From Mustelus asterias (Eukaryota): a stretch of 64,000 bases of DNA. Shown here in pieces: positions 36,906 through 48,551 of this stretch. The stretch covers positions 868,001 through 932,000 of the forward strand of contig NW_027590119.1 in NCBI RefSeq assembly GCF_964213995.1, read 5' to 3'. The position numbers and the translations under genes were made by a program. The notes under the pieces are model-generated. The model searched no databases. It was not told the origin of the DNA and worked only from the letters and a program-made list of their open reading frames with translations. How positions within the stretch are numbered: the first letter of the stretch is position 1; each line of letters opens with the position of its first letter.

Positions 36906-37286
36906 AATGAATCCCTTCCCACACACAGAATAGGTGACAGGCCTCGCCCCAGTGTGAACTCGATGGTGTCTCAGCAGGTGGGATGACCAAGTGAATCCCC
37001 TCCTACACACAGTGCAGGTAAATGGTTTCTCCCTAGTGTGAACTTGCTGATGTACAATGAGGTTGGATGAATACCTAAACATTTTCCCACAGGATGTGCA
37101 GCAGAATAGCTTAACCTCAGCGTGAGCTTGCAAGTGTGACTGGAGGCAGAATGAGTCAGCAAATCCCTTCCCACACATGGAGCAGGTGAATGGTCTCTCT
37201 CCTGTGTGACTGCGTCGATGCTTTTCCAGCTGGGATGGGTAATTGAATCCCTTCCCACAGTCCTCACATTTCTGTGGTTTCTCCAT
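36870..37286 (-). pseudogene. C2H2 zinc-finger gene 6: 4 fingers, fifth finger cut by a LINE
   Basis: MEKPQKC start; the array reads into LINE sequence at ~36905. Confidence 0.8.
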
Positions 37287-37451
37287 GGTATCAGGGTCCT
37301 TGTGTCTCTCCAGGTTGGATGATCAGTTGAAATCTCGTCCACACACAGAATAAGTGTACAGTTTCTCCTCACTGAATGATGTGATGTTTTTTTCAGACTG
37401 TGTAACTGGTTAAAGCTCTTTCCACAGTCAGTTCACTGGAACACTCTCACG

Positions 37452-37480
37452 TGTGTGTGTGTGTGTGTGAGAGAGAGAGA
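37452..37480. repeat. (GT)n(GA)n microsatellite
   Basis: Seen directly; same leader position as the (CA)n of gene 2. Confidence 0.9.
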
Positions 37481-37764
37481 CTCGGTGCTTTTCCAGTCAC
37501 ACGAATTCTTCAAATCTCTACCCAAGTCAAATCAGAACAAACATTTCTCCTTCCACATTTAAAATCTGATGATATTCAGATCCTGATGAATTGAGCCACT
37601 CTGTTTGATCTTGATGTGATGTTTGGTTTGAACTTTTGGCTGTAAATCCTCACTTCCAATATTCTGCAAAAGTTTACAAATTTAATCGCTGTCAGAACAG
37701 GATAGAAATTCTGAACAGACAATTCCAGTTTCTCTGGAACATTTTTTCCTCTCTTTTAAATGTC

Positions 37765-37917
37765 GGTCCCACACACTCTCCCTCCTCCTTGGGCTGAGGT
37801 CCCAGTTCAGATGCTGGTCCCACATTCTCTCTCTCTCTCCTCCCTGAGCTAAGATCCCAGTTTAGATGCTGGTCCCACACACTCACCCTCCTCCCTGGGC
37901 TGAGATCCCAGTTCAGT
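37765..37917. repeat. ~52-bp tandem repeat x3
   Basis: GGTCCCACACACTCTCCCTCCTCCYTGGGCTGAGRTCCCAGTTYAGATGCT. Confidence 0.8.
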
Positions 37918-37939
37918 GTTTGGATGAGTCTCTCTGTGT

Positions 37940-38505
37940 CCCCGGGCGGTGCATTGAGAATCCGATCGCCTTCATCCCGATACCGCACCGACACTGCGCA
38001 TGTTTCATTCTCAGCCCGACCCCGCCCCTCATTCAGTCCGATTGGTTGGAGCATCAGCCGCTCACCCTCTGACCTCCAGCATCTCCTCTTCCGATTGGTC
38101 CGGAATCGGTGTCAATCATTGTGTTGGCACATGCGCAGTCGGTAGAGACGGAAGGCAAGAGCTCGAGCGAGAGGTTTTAAAATGCGAGTTTTGCAAAGGG
38201 CGAGTGCGGATCCAGAGCCAAAAATAAATCCGTAAACATAAATAGAGCCAGCAGGTAAGTTAGAGAGGCTTCATAAGCTTACTGTGCGGTCACTAAACCC
38301 TCAATAAGCTTTCGGTCCCGCGTTTGCTCGGCGAGGCGATCTTTCTCCAGGAGAGACCCCAGATACCGGCCACCATCTTTATAGAGGCAATCTGCACCAA
38401 AGCGCATGCGCTGCTGCCACCTTTATACAGGGCAATGTGCACCAAAGGGCATGCGCTGCCGCCATCTTTATGCGGGGCAATGTGCACTCAAGTGCATGCG
38501 CAATC
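37940..38505. promoter_or_regulatory. Bidirectional CpG promoter between genes 6 (-) and 7 (+)
   Basis: Homologous to 2047-2260; NRF1-like and ATTGG motifs; candidate donor CAGGTAAGT (~38251); tandem NRF1/YY1 units at 38365-38502. Confidence 0.7.
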
Positions 38506-39335
38506 TCCATGCAATCGCAGAATGTGCAACATCTGCCTCTTTACCTGCTCATTGCCCAAGGAGAAATACTCCTTTCAGGTGATGCAGCATTTCACTTATA
38601 CTTCCTCCAACTTGGTGAATTATATTCACTGCTCCCTTTGTGGTCTCCTCTACATTGGGGATATTAAACATACACTGGGTGACTGCTTTGTGGAAACATC
38701 TTTCACTCCAGCCCCAAGCTTGACCCCAACCTTCCGGTCACTTACCATTTCAACTCAGCGTCTTGCTCTCATGCCCACATGTCCACCCTTGGTCTGCTGC
38801 AATGCTTCAGTGATACACAATGCAAACTGAATGAAAAACACCTCATCTTCCAATTGGGCAAGTTACAGTCTTCTGGACTCAACATTGCATTCAACATCTT
38901 TAGAATGTGAACTTTCCCTTCCATCTTCAGTCTCCTTTTTTGTTTTCTGTTATTCAGTTCCCCTTGGCTTGTCCCAACACAACTGCCCGACATGGCCACT
39001 GTCCCTTGTTGTTCAGTTTTGCTCCCACTGAGTACTGACCTCTGATCTTCCATTAACACATTCCGTATCTAACCTTTGCCACAGTCAACATTCTTCAATC
39101 CCTAATGATTCCATTAACACCCTCTTTTTTCTCAAGCCCCTGACATCATTGTCAATCTCTCCTTAACTCTGACCGATCACTAGCTTTCCATTCTGCCCCA
39201 CCCCTCTTCAAGTTTATCATTTATATCTTTTTTATGTTCTGTAGAAGGGCCACATGGACTCAAACATTAACTTTGTTTCTCTCCACAGTTGCTCCCATTC
39301 TTGCTGAGTTTATCCAGCATTTTCTGTTTTTATGC
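38505..39335 (+). mobile_element. Penelope-like element fragment (GIY-YIG endonuclease plus tail)
   Basis: PCNRRMCNIC...FTYTSSNLVNYIHCSLCGLLYIGDIKHTLGDCFVE: Cys-rich linker plus YIG motif. Confidence 0.75.
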
Positions 39336-39859
39336 ATGATCTTTATAGGTGGCAATGAGCCATTCATAAAATGTGTGCTCACTGGGACTTTCAGATCAGC
39401 AACAATGGAATTGTAAACCCATGGTCACTCAGTAGTATGGAATTTAAGTATTGCTGATTGAAAGAGATGTGTTTTTGAAGCTTTTCATCTTGCACTCATC
39501 CAGACAGATGCAGAAATACAATTTTTCAAAGCAAACAACAATTGCTGCTGCATGAGGAACATGTATTGACTGGTTCAACAGTCAGTTCTGATTGGTTAGG
39601 ATGTTGCCATGGAGAATGCACCAGGGAACTATCACTCCTGCCTTTGTTTCGTTTCAGAAAAGGCCCATTGCTTGGACATGTTCCTTCTACATGCAGAGGG
39701 CAGCTCCCTGTGTTTGACTATATATAGCTTCTCGCAAGTGTAAGTAAAACACTTCACAAGTCCAACTGATAATCTTTACAATTTGGTATTTTTGTGTCAG
39801 TCCGGATGAGTATAAGATACAAAAGGTTTTTAGCAATACTCCAGTGCCTTAAAGGACAA

Positions 39860-40090
39860 AAATATAGCAGCTAGAGGGAGAGGTGAAGGGGGAGGGTTTC
39901 AGAGTTTGGGGATGAGAGACTGAAGGCATGGTCTCAAATGGTGGAGCAATTAAATAGTGAGTGTACAAGAGGCCAGAATGAGAGCAGCACAGATATCTCA
40001 GCGGGTTGCGGGGCTGGAGGATAATATAGAGATAGGGAGGGATGAAGCCCTGGAGAGATTTGAACACAAAGAGGAGAATTTTAAACTAAA
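39860..40090 (-). mobile_element. L2-like LINE 3' fragment
   Basis: Minus strand FKILLFVFKSLQGFIPPYL...LRYLCCSHSGLL. Confidence 0.6.
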
Positions 40091-40567
40091 GACATGAGTG
40101 GGACAGGAATTTGCAACTTTGGGGATCAAGAGATCAAAGTGTTCCATAGGAACTAGTATTTCCTGTTCTTCCGGTGATGACTTTGTAAACTCTTTTTGCA
40201 GAGAATTAGAACGGGAGGATTTGCAGACGAGAAACTCAAACCAAGTATCACGTAAAGAGCCGACAGAGTCACTCGATTAATCAGGATTTGAATATCGTCA
40301 GTCTTCGAATGTGGAAGGAGAAATGATTGTCTGTTCTGCCCGTGGGAAAAGGTTTGAAATATCAGTGTGACTGGAAAAACACCGAGACACACACACACCC
40401 GAGAGAGAGTGTTCCAGTGAACTGACTGTGGAAAGAGCTTGAACCAGTTACACAGCCTGAAAAAACATCACACAGTTCACAGTGACGAGAAATTGTCCAC
40501 GTGTTCTGTGTGTGAATGAGGCTTCAACTGATCATCCAACCCGGAGGGACACAAGGACACCAACACC

Positions 40568-41326
40568 ATGGAGAAACCGTGGAAATGTGGGGAGTGTGGG
40601 AAAGGATTCAATTCTCCATCCCTGCTGGAAATTCATCAGCGCAGTCACACTGGGGAGAGGCCGTTCATCTGCTCAGAGTGTGGGAAAGGATTCACTCAGT
40701 CATCCCAATTGCTAACACACCAGCGGTTTCACACTGGGGAGAGGCCATTCATCTGCTTGGAGTGTGGAAAGGGATTCACTCAGTTATCTGACCTGCGGAG
40801 ACACCAGCGAGTTCACACTGGAGAGACACAGTTCACCTGCTCTGAGTGTGGGAAAGGATTCATTCAGTCATCCAATCTGCTGAAACACCAGCAAGTTCAC
40901 ATTGGGGAGAGACCATTCACCTGCCCTGTATGTGGGAAAGGATTCACTGGGCCCTCTGATTTGCTAAGTCACCAGCGAATTCACACTGAGGAAAAGCTGT
41001 TCAGCTGCACTTCCTGTGGAAAAAGATTCAGGTCTTCAGCCCAGCTCAGTGTACACCAGCGAGTTCACACTGGGGAGAAGCCATTCATCTGCTCTGAGTG
41101 TGGGAATAAATTTGCTCAGTTATCTCACCTGCAGACACACCAGCGAACACACACTGGAGAGAGACCATTCACCTGCTCTGAGTGTGGGAACAAATTCACT
41201 TCTTCATCGCACCTGAGGAGACACCAGCATGTTCACACAAGGGAGAGGCCATTCACCTGCTCCGAGTGTGGGAAGGGATTCACTCAGTCTGGCAGCCTGC
41301 TGAGGCACCAACGAGTTCACAATTAA
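40568..41326 (+). CDS. C2H2 zinc-finger protein (gene 7), 9 fingers, 252 aa
   Basis: Intact ORF MEKPWKC...HQRVHN. Confidence 0.92.
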   Translation: MEKPWKCGECGKGFNSPSLLEIHQRSHTGERPFICSECGKGFTQSSQLLTHQRFHTGERPFICLECGKGFTQLSDLRRHQRVHTGETQFTCSECGKGFIQSSNLLKHQQVHIGERPFTCPVCGKGFTGPSDLLSHQRIHTEEKLFSCTSCGKRFRSSAQLSVHQRVHTGEKPFICSECGNKFAQLSHLQTHQRTHTGERPFTCSECGNKFTSSSHLRRHQHVHTRERPFTCSECGKGFTQSGSLLRHQRVHN

Positions 41327-41374
41327 CTGCAGGGATTGGATTCTGCTGTTAGTGCAGTTCAATACTGACAGTTC

Positions 41375-41660
41375 ATAAGACCATAAGACATAGGAGCAGA
41401 ATTAGGCCACTCGGCCCATCGAGTCTGCTCCGCCATTCAATCATGGCTGATTTTTTTTCTCATCCCATTCTCCTGCCTTTTCCCCATAACCCCTGATCCC
41501 TGATCTATCTCTGTCTTAAAGACACTCAATGACTGGCCTCCACAGCCTTCTGTGGCAAAGAGTTCCACAGATTCACCATTTCCTGGCTGAAGAAATTCCT
41601 CCTCATCTCTGTTTTAAAGGATTGTCCCTTTAGCCTGAGGTTGTGCCCTCTGGTTCTAGT
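41375..41660 (-). mobile_element. CR1 LINE 3' end
   Basis: TRTRGHNLRLKGQSFKTEMRRNFFSQEMVNLWNSLPQ plus (CATAAGAC)n tail. Confidence 0.85.
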
Positions 41661-42159
41661 TTTATCTGGTTTGGATTTTGTTTCGTTGATGTTAATAATC
41701 CCTGTAACTGGGCTGAAGTTTAAAATTCTAGATCTAGAGCTGATTGTGTTCTCAGGGCTGCAGCTTCCCTTTAAGAACCGCTGCCTCTGATCTTTCCCCA
41801 TAACTCAGCAACTCTCATCAGAAATTAGTTTACAACAAGATTCTGAACTTTTACTTCAATCCTAAATTGATCTTTGGTACAAACTCCTTTTTGGGGAGCT
41901 CCCCTTTTACTTTGTCCTGATTTAATTTGAGTTTGTTTACTTGGTTTGACCTAAAAAGAGGTCTCTCTGATTGAAGATTGATCTTCAGACAGACTCAAAC
42001 TTCCTCCTGTCTCCCAACATCTGTGAGTAAAACACTTTCTTTACTCCCCCTTTCCATTTCTTTTCTCATTCTGGGGGAAATTGGGGACTTACAGGAACTG
42101 AAGTAAAGGAAGTGAATCCAGGAAGGGTGCAGACTCTGGAAAGGTTGGCCCAGCTCCTT

Positions 42160-42725
42160 CGAGCCTGTTCTGCCATTCATTATGATCATTATGATCATGA
42201 CTGATTGTCAAATTCAATACTGAGATCCCGCTTCACTTTCCCCACCCCCTTCCCCACGACATCCATGTCTCTTGATCCCTTTAGCCCCAAGAGCTATGTT
42301 CAATTTCTTCTTGAAATCACACAACGTTTGTCTCTCAACTACTTTTCTGAGGTAGTGAATTCCGCACATTCACCACTCTGGGTGAAGAAATTTCTCCTCA
42401 CCTCATCCGAAAAGGTTCACCCCTTATCCTCAAACTATGAGCCCCAGTTCTGGACTGCCCCACCAGTGGGAACATTTCTGAATCTATCCTGTCTAATCCT
42501 GTGAATGTTTATAAATTTCTATGAGATTCCATCTCATTTTTCTAAACTCCAATGAATATAATCCTAAACAATTTAGTCTCTCCTCATATGACAGACCTGC
42601 TATCCCAGGAATCAGCCTGGTAAACTTTCACTGGACTCCCTCTCGAGTAAGACATCTCCTTCCTCACAAAAGGAGACCAAAACCATAAAAGGATACCAAA
42701 ACTGCATACAATACTCCAGGCGTAA
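42160..42725 (-). mobile_element. Decayed CR1 LINE 3' fragment
   Basis: Reverse complement of the CR1 C-terminal region (RRNFFTQ motif; LEYCMQFW). Confidence 0.7.
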
Positions 42726-42727
42726 CT

Positions 42728-43045
42728 CAGGGGCAGTATGGTGGCACAGTGGTTAGCACTGCTGCCTCACAGTGCCAGGAACTTGGGTTTGATTCCCGGT
42801 TTGGGTCACTATCTTTGTGAAGTTTACACATTCTCCCTGTGTCTGTGTGGGGTTCCTCCATCTGCTCCAGTTTCCTCCCACGGTCCAAATATGATTGGCC
42901 CTGCTAAATTGACCTTAGTTTTGGGAAGGGATTAGCAGGGTAAATATGTGGGGTTATGGGGATAGGGCCTGGGTGGGAATGTGGTTGGTGTAGACTCAAT
43001 TGGCCAAATGGCCTCCTTTTGTACTGTTGGGATTCTATGAAGTCT
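42728..43045 (+). mobile_element. HE1-like SINE
   Basis: Full head, core and tail. Confidence 0.85.
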
Positions 43046-43104
43046 ATGTCAATTCTCTGTGGAGCTATTCCCCCCCCCCCCCCCCACCACCCCCAGCATG
43101 CCGA

Positions 43105-43687
43105 CCCTATAGTTAAGAAAGCCCACTAATCCTCTACTTTCTCAGAAGGCGAAGGAAATTTGGCATGTCAGTTACAACTCTCACCAACCTTTCCAGATGC
43201 ACCATAGAAAGCATTCTGTCTGGCTGTATCATAACCTGGTATGGCTCCTGCTCTGTCCAAGACCGCAAGAAACTACAAAAGATCGTGAATGTAGCCCAAT
43301 CCGTCACTCAAACCAGCCTCCCATGCATTGACTCTGTCTACACTTCCCGCTGCCTCGGCAAAGCAGCCAGCATAATTAAGGACCCCATGCATCCTGGACA
43401 TACTTTCTTCCACCTTCTTCCGTGGCGAAAAAAATACAAAAGTCTGAGGTCACGTACCAACAGATTCAAAAACAGTTTCTTCCCTGCTGCCATCAGATTT
43501 TTGAATGGACCTATCTTGCATTAAGTTGATCTTTCTCCACACCCAGCTATCACTATAACATTACATGCTGCACGCTCTCATTTCCTTCTCTATGAACGGT
43601 ATGCTTTGTCTGTATAGCACGCAAGAAACAATACTTTTCATTGTATACTAATACATGTCACAATAATAAATCAAATCAAATCAAAAT
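43105..43687 (+). mobile_element. Rex1/Babar-like LINE 3' fragment
   Basis: LTNLSRCTIESILSGCIITWYG...RTNRFKNSFFPAAIRFLN; AATAAA then (TCAAA)n tail. Confidence 0.78.
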
Positions 43688-43855
43688 ATTCAATGACCCT
43701 CAGCCTCCAGTGATCCCTGTGGAAGAGAAATACAAAGACTAATGACTCTAACGAGTGACTGGAAATATCTAAAGTAGCTCCAGTATATTAGTCTGTCTGA
43801 AGCTCAATCTGCATTCAGAGAGAGAGAGGGACAGCAGCTTTGCTGGTCGAACAAT

Positions 43856-44060
43856 AATGTGTAGATGCCGGCGTTGGACTGGGGTGGGCACAGTAAGACA
43901 TCTCACAACACCAGGTTAAAGTCCAACAGATTTATCTGGTAGCACGAGCTTTCGGAGCGTTGCTCCTCGACTCATCTGATGAAGGGGCAATGCTCCGAAA
44001 GCTCATGCTATCAAATAAACCTGTTGGACTTTAACCTGGTGTTGTGTGACTTCTTATTGA
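43856..44060 (-). mobile_element. Penelope-derived hairpin mini-insertion with ~10-bp TSD
   Basis: Inverted arms; TSD GTC(G/T)AACAAT at 43846-43855 and 44061-44070; empty site in the paralog at ~34270; hammerhead-like core at 43976-44005. Confidence 0.8.
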
Positions 44061-44069
44061 GTCTAACAA

Positions 44070-44385
44070 TGAGGAAATCATGCGGCCATGCACACGAGGC
44101 TCGAACTCTGATTGGTTGGAGGACCAGCGTCCATCTGGTCCTCCACGCGTTACCATTGGTCAATCTCCCGCATGTAGACAATAAGGGGGTGGAAGTGGAA
44201 CCCACATGGGGGGGTGGGCGGGGCTTTGTCCGCCAGCCACTGGTGTCCAATCCGCAGTGTGCTGCTTCTGTAACCAGTGATATTGCTGCCAATGGGACAC
44301 TGTGTGCGGGGAACGCCCCTCTGAGTCATTGTGACGGCACAATGGAGCCCTGCCTGATTCAGCCAATAGCAATCACTCTGCTGGA
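44070..44385. promoter_or_regulatory. ZNF promoter copy (paralog of 34270-34600) upstream of gene 8
   Basis: Collinear similarity; ATTGG boxes and the palindrome are retained. Confidence 0.65.
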
Positions 44386-44656
44386 CTACCCTGAGGCAGC
44401 AAGTTCAAGATCCTCATCAAACACAACCCCCTGTATCTTAACCAACTGAAACAATCCTATCCGTTAAACACATTGTTAGTCCAGTCATATAGACATATAT
44501 CTGTCTGGCAGCCTGCATGGAGATTTTCAGCTCTCTGTCCAGGACAGGAAGCGGTGAGCATTGGAGGTGGTGGCATAGTGGTGTTGTCACAGACCCAGAG
44601 TAACGCACTGGGGACCGGGTTCAAATCCCACCACAGCAGGTGGTGAAATTTGAATT

Positions 44657-44978
44657 TAGGGTGACACAGTGGTACAGTGGTTAGCACTGCGGCCTCACAG
44701 CACCAGGGACCGGGGTTCAATTCCAGCCTCGGGTCTGTGTGGAGTTTGCACATTCTTCCCGTGTCTGTGGGGGTTTCCTCTGGTTGCTCCAGTTCTTCCC
44801 ACAGTCCGAAGATGTGCGGGTCAGGTGGATTGGCAATGCTAACTTGACTTTAGTGTCAGGGGATGAGCGGGGTAAATACATGGGGATAGGACCTGGGATA
44901 GTGGTCGGTGCAGATTCGGTGGGCTGAATGGCCTCCTTCTGCACTGTGGAGATTCTATGATTCTAATTGATTCTATGA
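44657..44978 (+). mobile_element. HE1-like SINE inserted in the intron module
   Basis: The module ...GTGAGCAT/GATCTGTCAATC is split by SINE sequence. Confidence 0.85.
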
Positions 44979-45536
44979 TCTGTCAATCAGCACCTTCAGG
45001 AGAATTGGGAGGGTGAATATTAGATACAGCAGAGTGAGAATGGAGGGAGAGTGTGTGGGATGGAGATTCACAGCTTTTGGGGAATGAGAGAAGAAACAAT
45101 ATTATAGAGAAAGTAGAATTGTCCATTCTGAATTTCTATCCTGTACTGACAGTGATTATTTTTGTAAACTCCTTTCACAGGATACCAGAAGGTGAGGATT
45201 TACAGACAGAAATCTCAAACCAAGCATTAAGTCAAGATCTCTCAGAGTCACTCGATTCATTGGGACCTGAATGCTATCGGCCTTTAACTCTCCAAGGAGA
45301 AATGTTTCTCTCTTCTGTCTACTTCTAAAGACTTTAAACATCAGTGTGACTGGGATGTTACTGAGAGACACACATCCGAGTGACAGTGTTCCAGTGCACT
45401 GAGTGTGGAAAGAACTTTAACCAGTTACACAGCCTGAAAATACATCGCAGCATTCACAGCGGGAGAGACTGTACCCGTGTTCTGTGTGAGATTTAACTGA
45501 CTGTTTAACCTGGAGAGTCACAAGGACACCCGCACC

Positions 45537-46805
45537 ATGGAGAAACCGTGGAAATGTGGGGACTGTGGGAAGGGATTCAGGTTCCCATTTCAGCTGGAAA
45601 TTCATCAACGCAGTCACACTGGGGAGAGACCATTCACCTGCTCTGTGTGTGGGAAAGGATTCACTCAGTTATCCACTCTGCGCGCACACAATCTCACTCA
45701 CACCCGGGAGAGACCCTTTAAATGCCCTGACTGTGGGAGTGGTTTCAAAAGCACTGCAGAACTTGTAACCCACCAGCGCATTCACACTGGGGAGAGACCG
45801 TTCACCTGCTCTCACTGCTCAAAGGGATTTAAAAGGTTATACACTCTGCAGAGACACCAGCGAGTTCACACTGGGGAGAGACCATTCACCTGCTCTGTGT
45901 GTGGGAAAGGATTCGCACAGTCATCCAGCCTGCTGAGTCACAATATAACCCACACCAATGAGAGACCCTTTAAATGCTCTGACTGTGGGAGCAGCTTCAA
46001 ACGTGCTGCGGATCTGAGGGACCACCGGCGCAATCACACTGAGGAGAGTCCGTTCAGCTGTTCTCACTGCACTAAAAAATTTAGAACATCATCCACACTG
46101 CGGAAACATGAACGAGTTCACACCGGGGAGACACCTTTCACCTGCACCATGTGTGGGAAGGGATTCACTCAGTTAAGCCATCTCTGGAGACACCAGCGAG
46201 TTCACACGGGGGAAAGGCCATTTACCTGCACTGTGTGTGGGCAGGGATTCACTCAGTTAAACAATCTCCTGAGACACCAGCGAGTTCACACTGGGGAGAG
46301 GCCATTCACCTGCACCATGTGTCGGCAGGGATTCACTCAGTCATCCGACCTGCAGATACACCAGCGAATTCACACTGGGGAGAGGCCATTCACCTGCTCT
46401 GTGTGTGGGAAAAGATTCAATGATTCATCCACCCTGCGGGCACACCAACATATTCACACCGGGGAGAGGCCATTCAAATGCTCTCTGTGTGGGAAGGGAT
46501 ACGTTCACTCTTCCGACCTGCAGACACACCAGCGAATTCACACTGGGGAAAAACCGTTCAGTTGCTCTCACTGCACAAAGAGGTTTAATAGGTCATCCGA
46601 CCTGCTGGCACACCAGCGAGTTCATACTGGGGAGAGACCGTTCAGTTGCTCTCATTGCACAAAGAGGTTTCATCGGTCATCTGACCTGCTGAAACACCAG
46701 CCAGTTCACACTGGGGAGAAACCGTTCACCTGCTCCATGTGTGGGAAGGGATTCACTCAGTCATCCAGCCTACGGGTACACCAGCGGGTTCACACCGGGG
46801 AGTGA
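45537..46805 (+). CDS. C2H2 zinc-finger protein (gene 8), 15 fingers, 422 aa
   Basis: Intact ORF; stop in the last linker (TGE*), followed by a residual 16th finger to 46883. Confidence 0.93.
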   Translation: MEKPWKCGDCGKGFRFPFQLEIHQRSHTGERPFTCSVCGKGFTQLSTLRAHNLTHTRERPFKCPDCGSGFKSTAELVTHQRIHTGERPFTCSHCSKGFKRLYTLQRHQRVHTGERPFTCSVCGKGFAQSSSLLSHNITHTNERPFKCSDCGSSFKRAADLRDHRRNHTEESPFSCSHCTKKFRTSSTLRKHERVHTGETPFTCTMCGKGFTQLSHLWRHQRVHTGERPFTCTVCGQGFTQLNNLLRHQRVHTGERPFTCTMCRQGFTQSSDLQIHQRIHTGERPFTCSVCGKRFNDSSTLRAHQHIHTGERPFKCSLCGKGYVHSSDLQTHQRIHTGEKPFSCSHCTKRFNRSSDLLAHQRVHTGERPFSCSHCTKRFHRSSDLLKHQPVHTGEKPFTCSMCGKGFTQSSSLRVHQRVHTGE

Positions 46806-47834
46806 CTGCTCACCAGCTCTGTGTGTGGGAAGGGATTCACTCAGTCAGCAAACTTGGTGAGACACCAGCAAGTTCACAAGTGATTACAGTTCTGGGATTA
46901 TTCTTGTGAATCTTTATTGTGCCTTTTCCTGTGTCTCCACTTCCTTTTTCTAAATGGAGATCACAAATGTTGACAGTGCTCCCACTGCAGTCTTGTGATG
47001 AAAATATAGACTGGTTGGTGAAATGTAGATAACAGGTAGAATTGATATCTAATGAGGACTTTATACTTTAGAATTGAATAAAGGGCTCATTGTTACTAAC
47101 GGGGAAAGAAGGGCTAAAACCCTTACCCAGAACCCTTTTCACACACACGTGGACATCTCTGAATCTGACACACACCAAATGGAATGTTACACAAGGGGCT
47201 GGAATTCACTGGAATTTCTTAACAACCTTTCAATAGAAATGTCCTGGTACAGACTGTGACAAAGGACACAACAGACAGCAAGAACCAGGAGGAACCTTTA
47301 TCCCAGGGAATGTTAATGATCTTGTTCAGGACACCAGTGCCAGGCTTGTATCTATCTTTATGAGCACATAAAACAGTCCAAAGATGTGTGGGTGAGGTGG
47401 ATTGGCCGTGCCAAATTGACCCTAGTATTAGGGGATTAGCAGAGTAAATGTGTAGGATTACGGAAATAGGGCTTTGGTGGGATTGTGGTCAGTACAGACT
47501 CAATGGACCAAATGGCCTCCTTCTGCACTGTAGGGATCCTATGATTCTATGAATACTATTAGACATGTTTCAGCTGGTGATTATCTGTGTTAGTCTGTAT
47601 TTATAAACCCATTAAATTCTGTTGTGGACTGAACAATATCCGCACAGTGTCAAAATACAAACATTTCTTTCCTCTCATTACATCCTAAACTACAACAGTT
47701 CTGATTTCCTGAAACATTTCAGGCCGAGGTCAGAGTGAAGATAATATAGCTGCAACATCGAGGTTCGGATAATGTTCAGCAACAAACTGCAACCATGCAG
47801 ACGTCCCTCGCCCTAAATGAGAAAGTTTGATTAA

Positions 47835-47907
47835 TGTTCCTGCCCGGTTTCAAACTGGGGACCTTTTGCGTGTTGGGTGAGCGTGATAACCAGTACACTA
47901 CAGAAAC
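47835..47907 (-). tRNA. tRNA-Val-AAC: tRNA-Val(AAC)-like, probable pseudogene
   Basis: GTTTCTGTAGTGTACTGGTTATCACGCTCACCCAACACGCAAAAGGTCCCCAGTTTGAAACCGGGCAGGAACA; the canonical vertebrate tRNA-Val with CpG decay, TTCG>TTTG in the B box and U33>C. Confidence 0.85.
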
Positions 47908-48551
47908 AACTAACTGCACCCGGGAGCCAATCGGCCTGTCTGCAATGTTCAACTCTGCTGTGTTGCTGCAGGGTCTGATGGTTCGACTGAGAACCCCTGT
48001 CACTTAATACAAGAAGACAACCGTTAATTTCCACCTAATGTCTCAACCTATCGTGAACTTCAAAATTTAAAAGCGTTCATCCAACAAATGTCTAAGGGAG
48101 CAATGATTTCTGCTCAATCATTAATGCATCATTCTCACCTTCGAATAATTTCAGCCAATTTTACCCAGTACTTGTTTCATTGAATCACAGAATTCCTACA
48201 GTGCAGAAAAGACCATTCTGCCCATCGAGTCTGCACCGGCCCTCTGACAGAGGCCCCTCCACCATCCTATCGCATAACACCACACTTTTCTCATGGCTAA
48301 TCTTGCTCACCTGAGGGGCAATTTAGCACGGCCAATCCACCGAACCTGTGCATCAGTATTCAACATTTAAAATCAATACATTTATTTAACAGATATGTCC
48401 TCATTCTGAACTGAACATCTCTGAATATGCAACATTGAATTGCAAATATGACTGACCAACAAAAGAAATCACGTCATTGGGTAATACACATCCCATGGTG
48501 CTTATTTGAGATTGGCCACAGTAAGCTTTTAACCAAAGTAAAATATCTTTT

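Noticed and set aside
40368-40531. Selenocysteine or programmed read-through of the leader UGA codons
   Set aside because: The same leaders carry copy-specific frameshifts and extra stops, one copy uses TAA, and no SECIS was recognised
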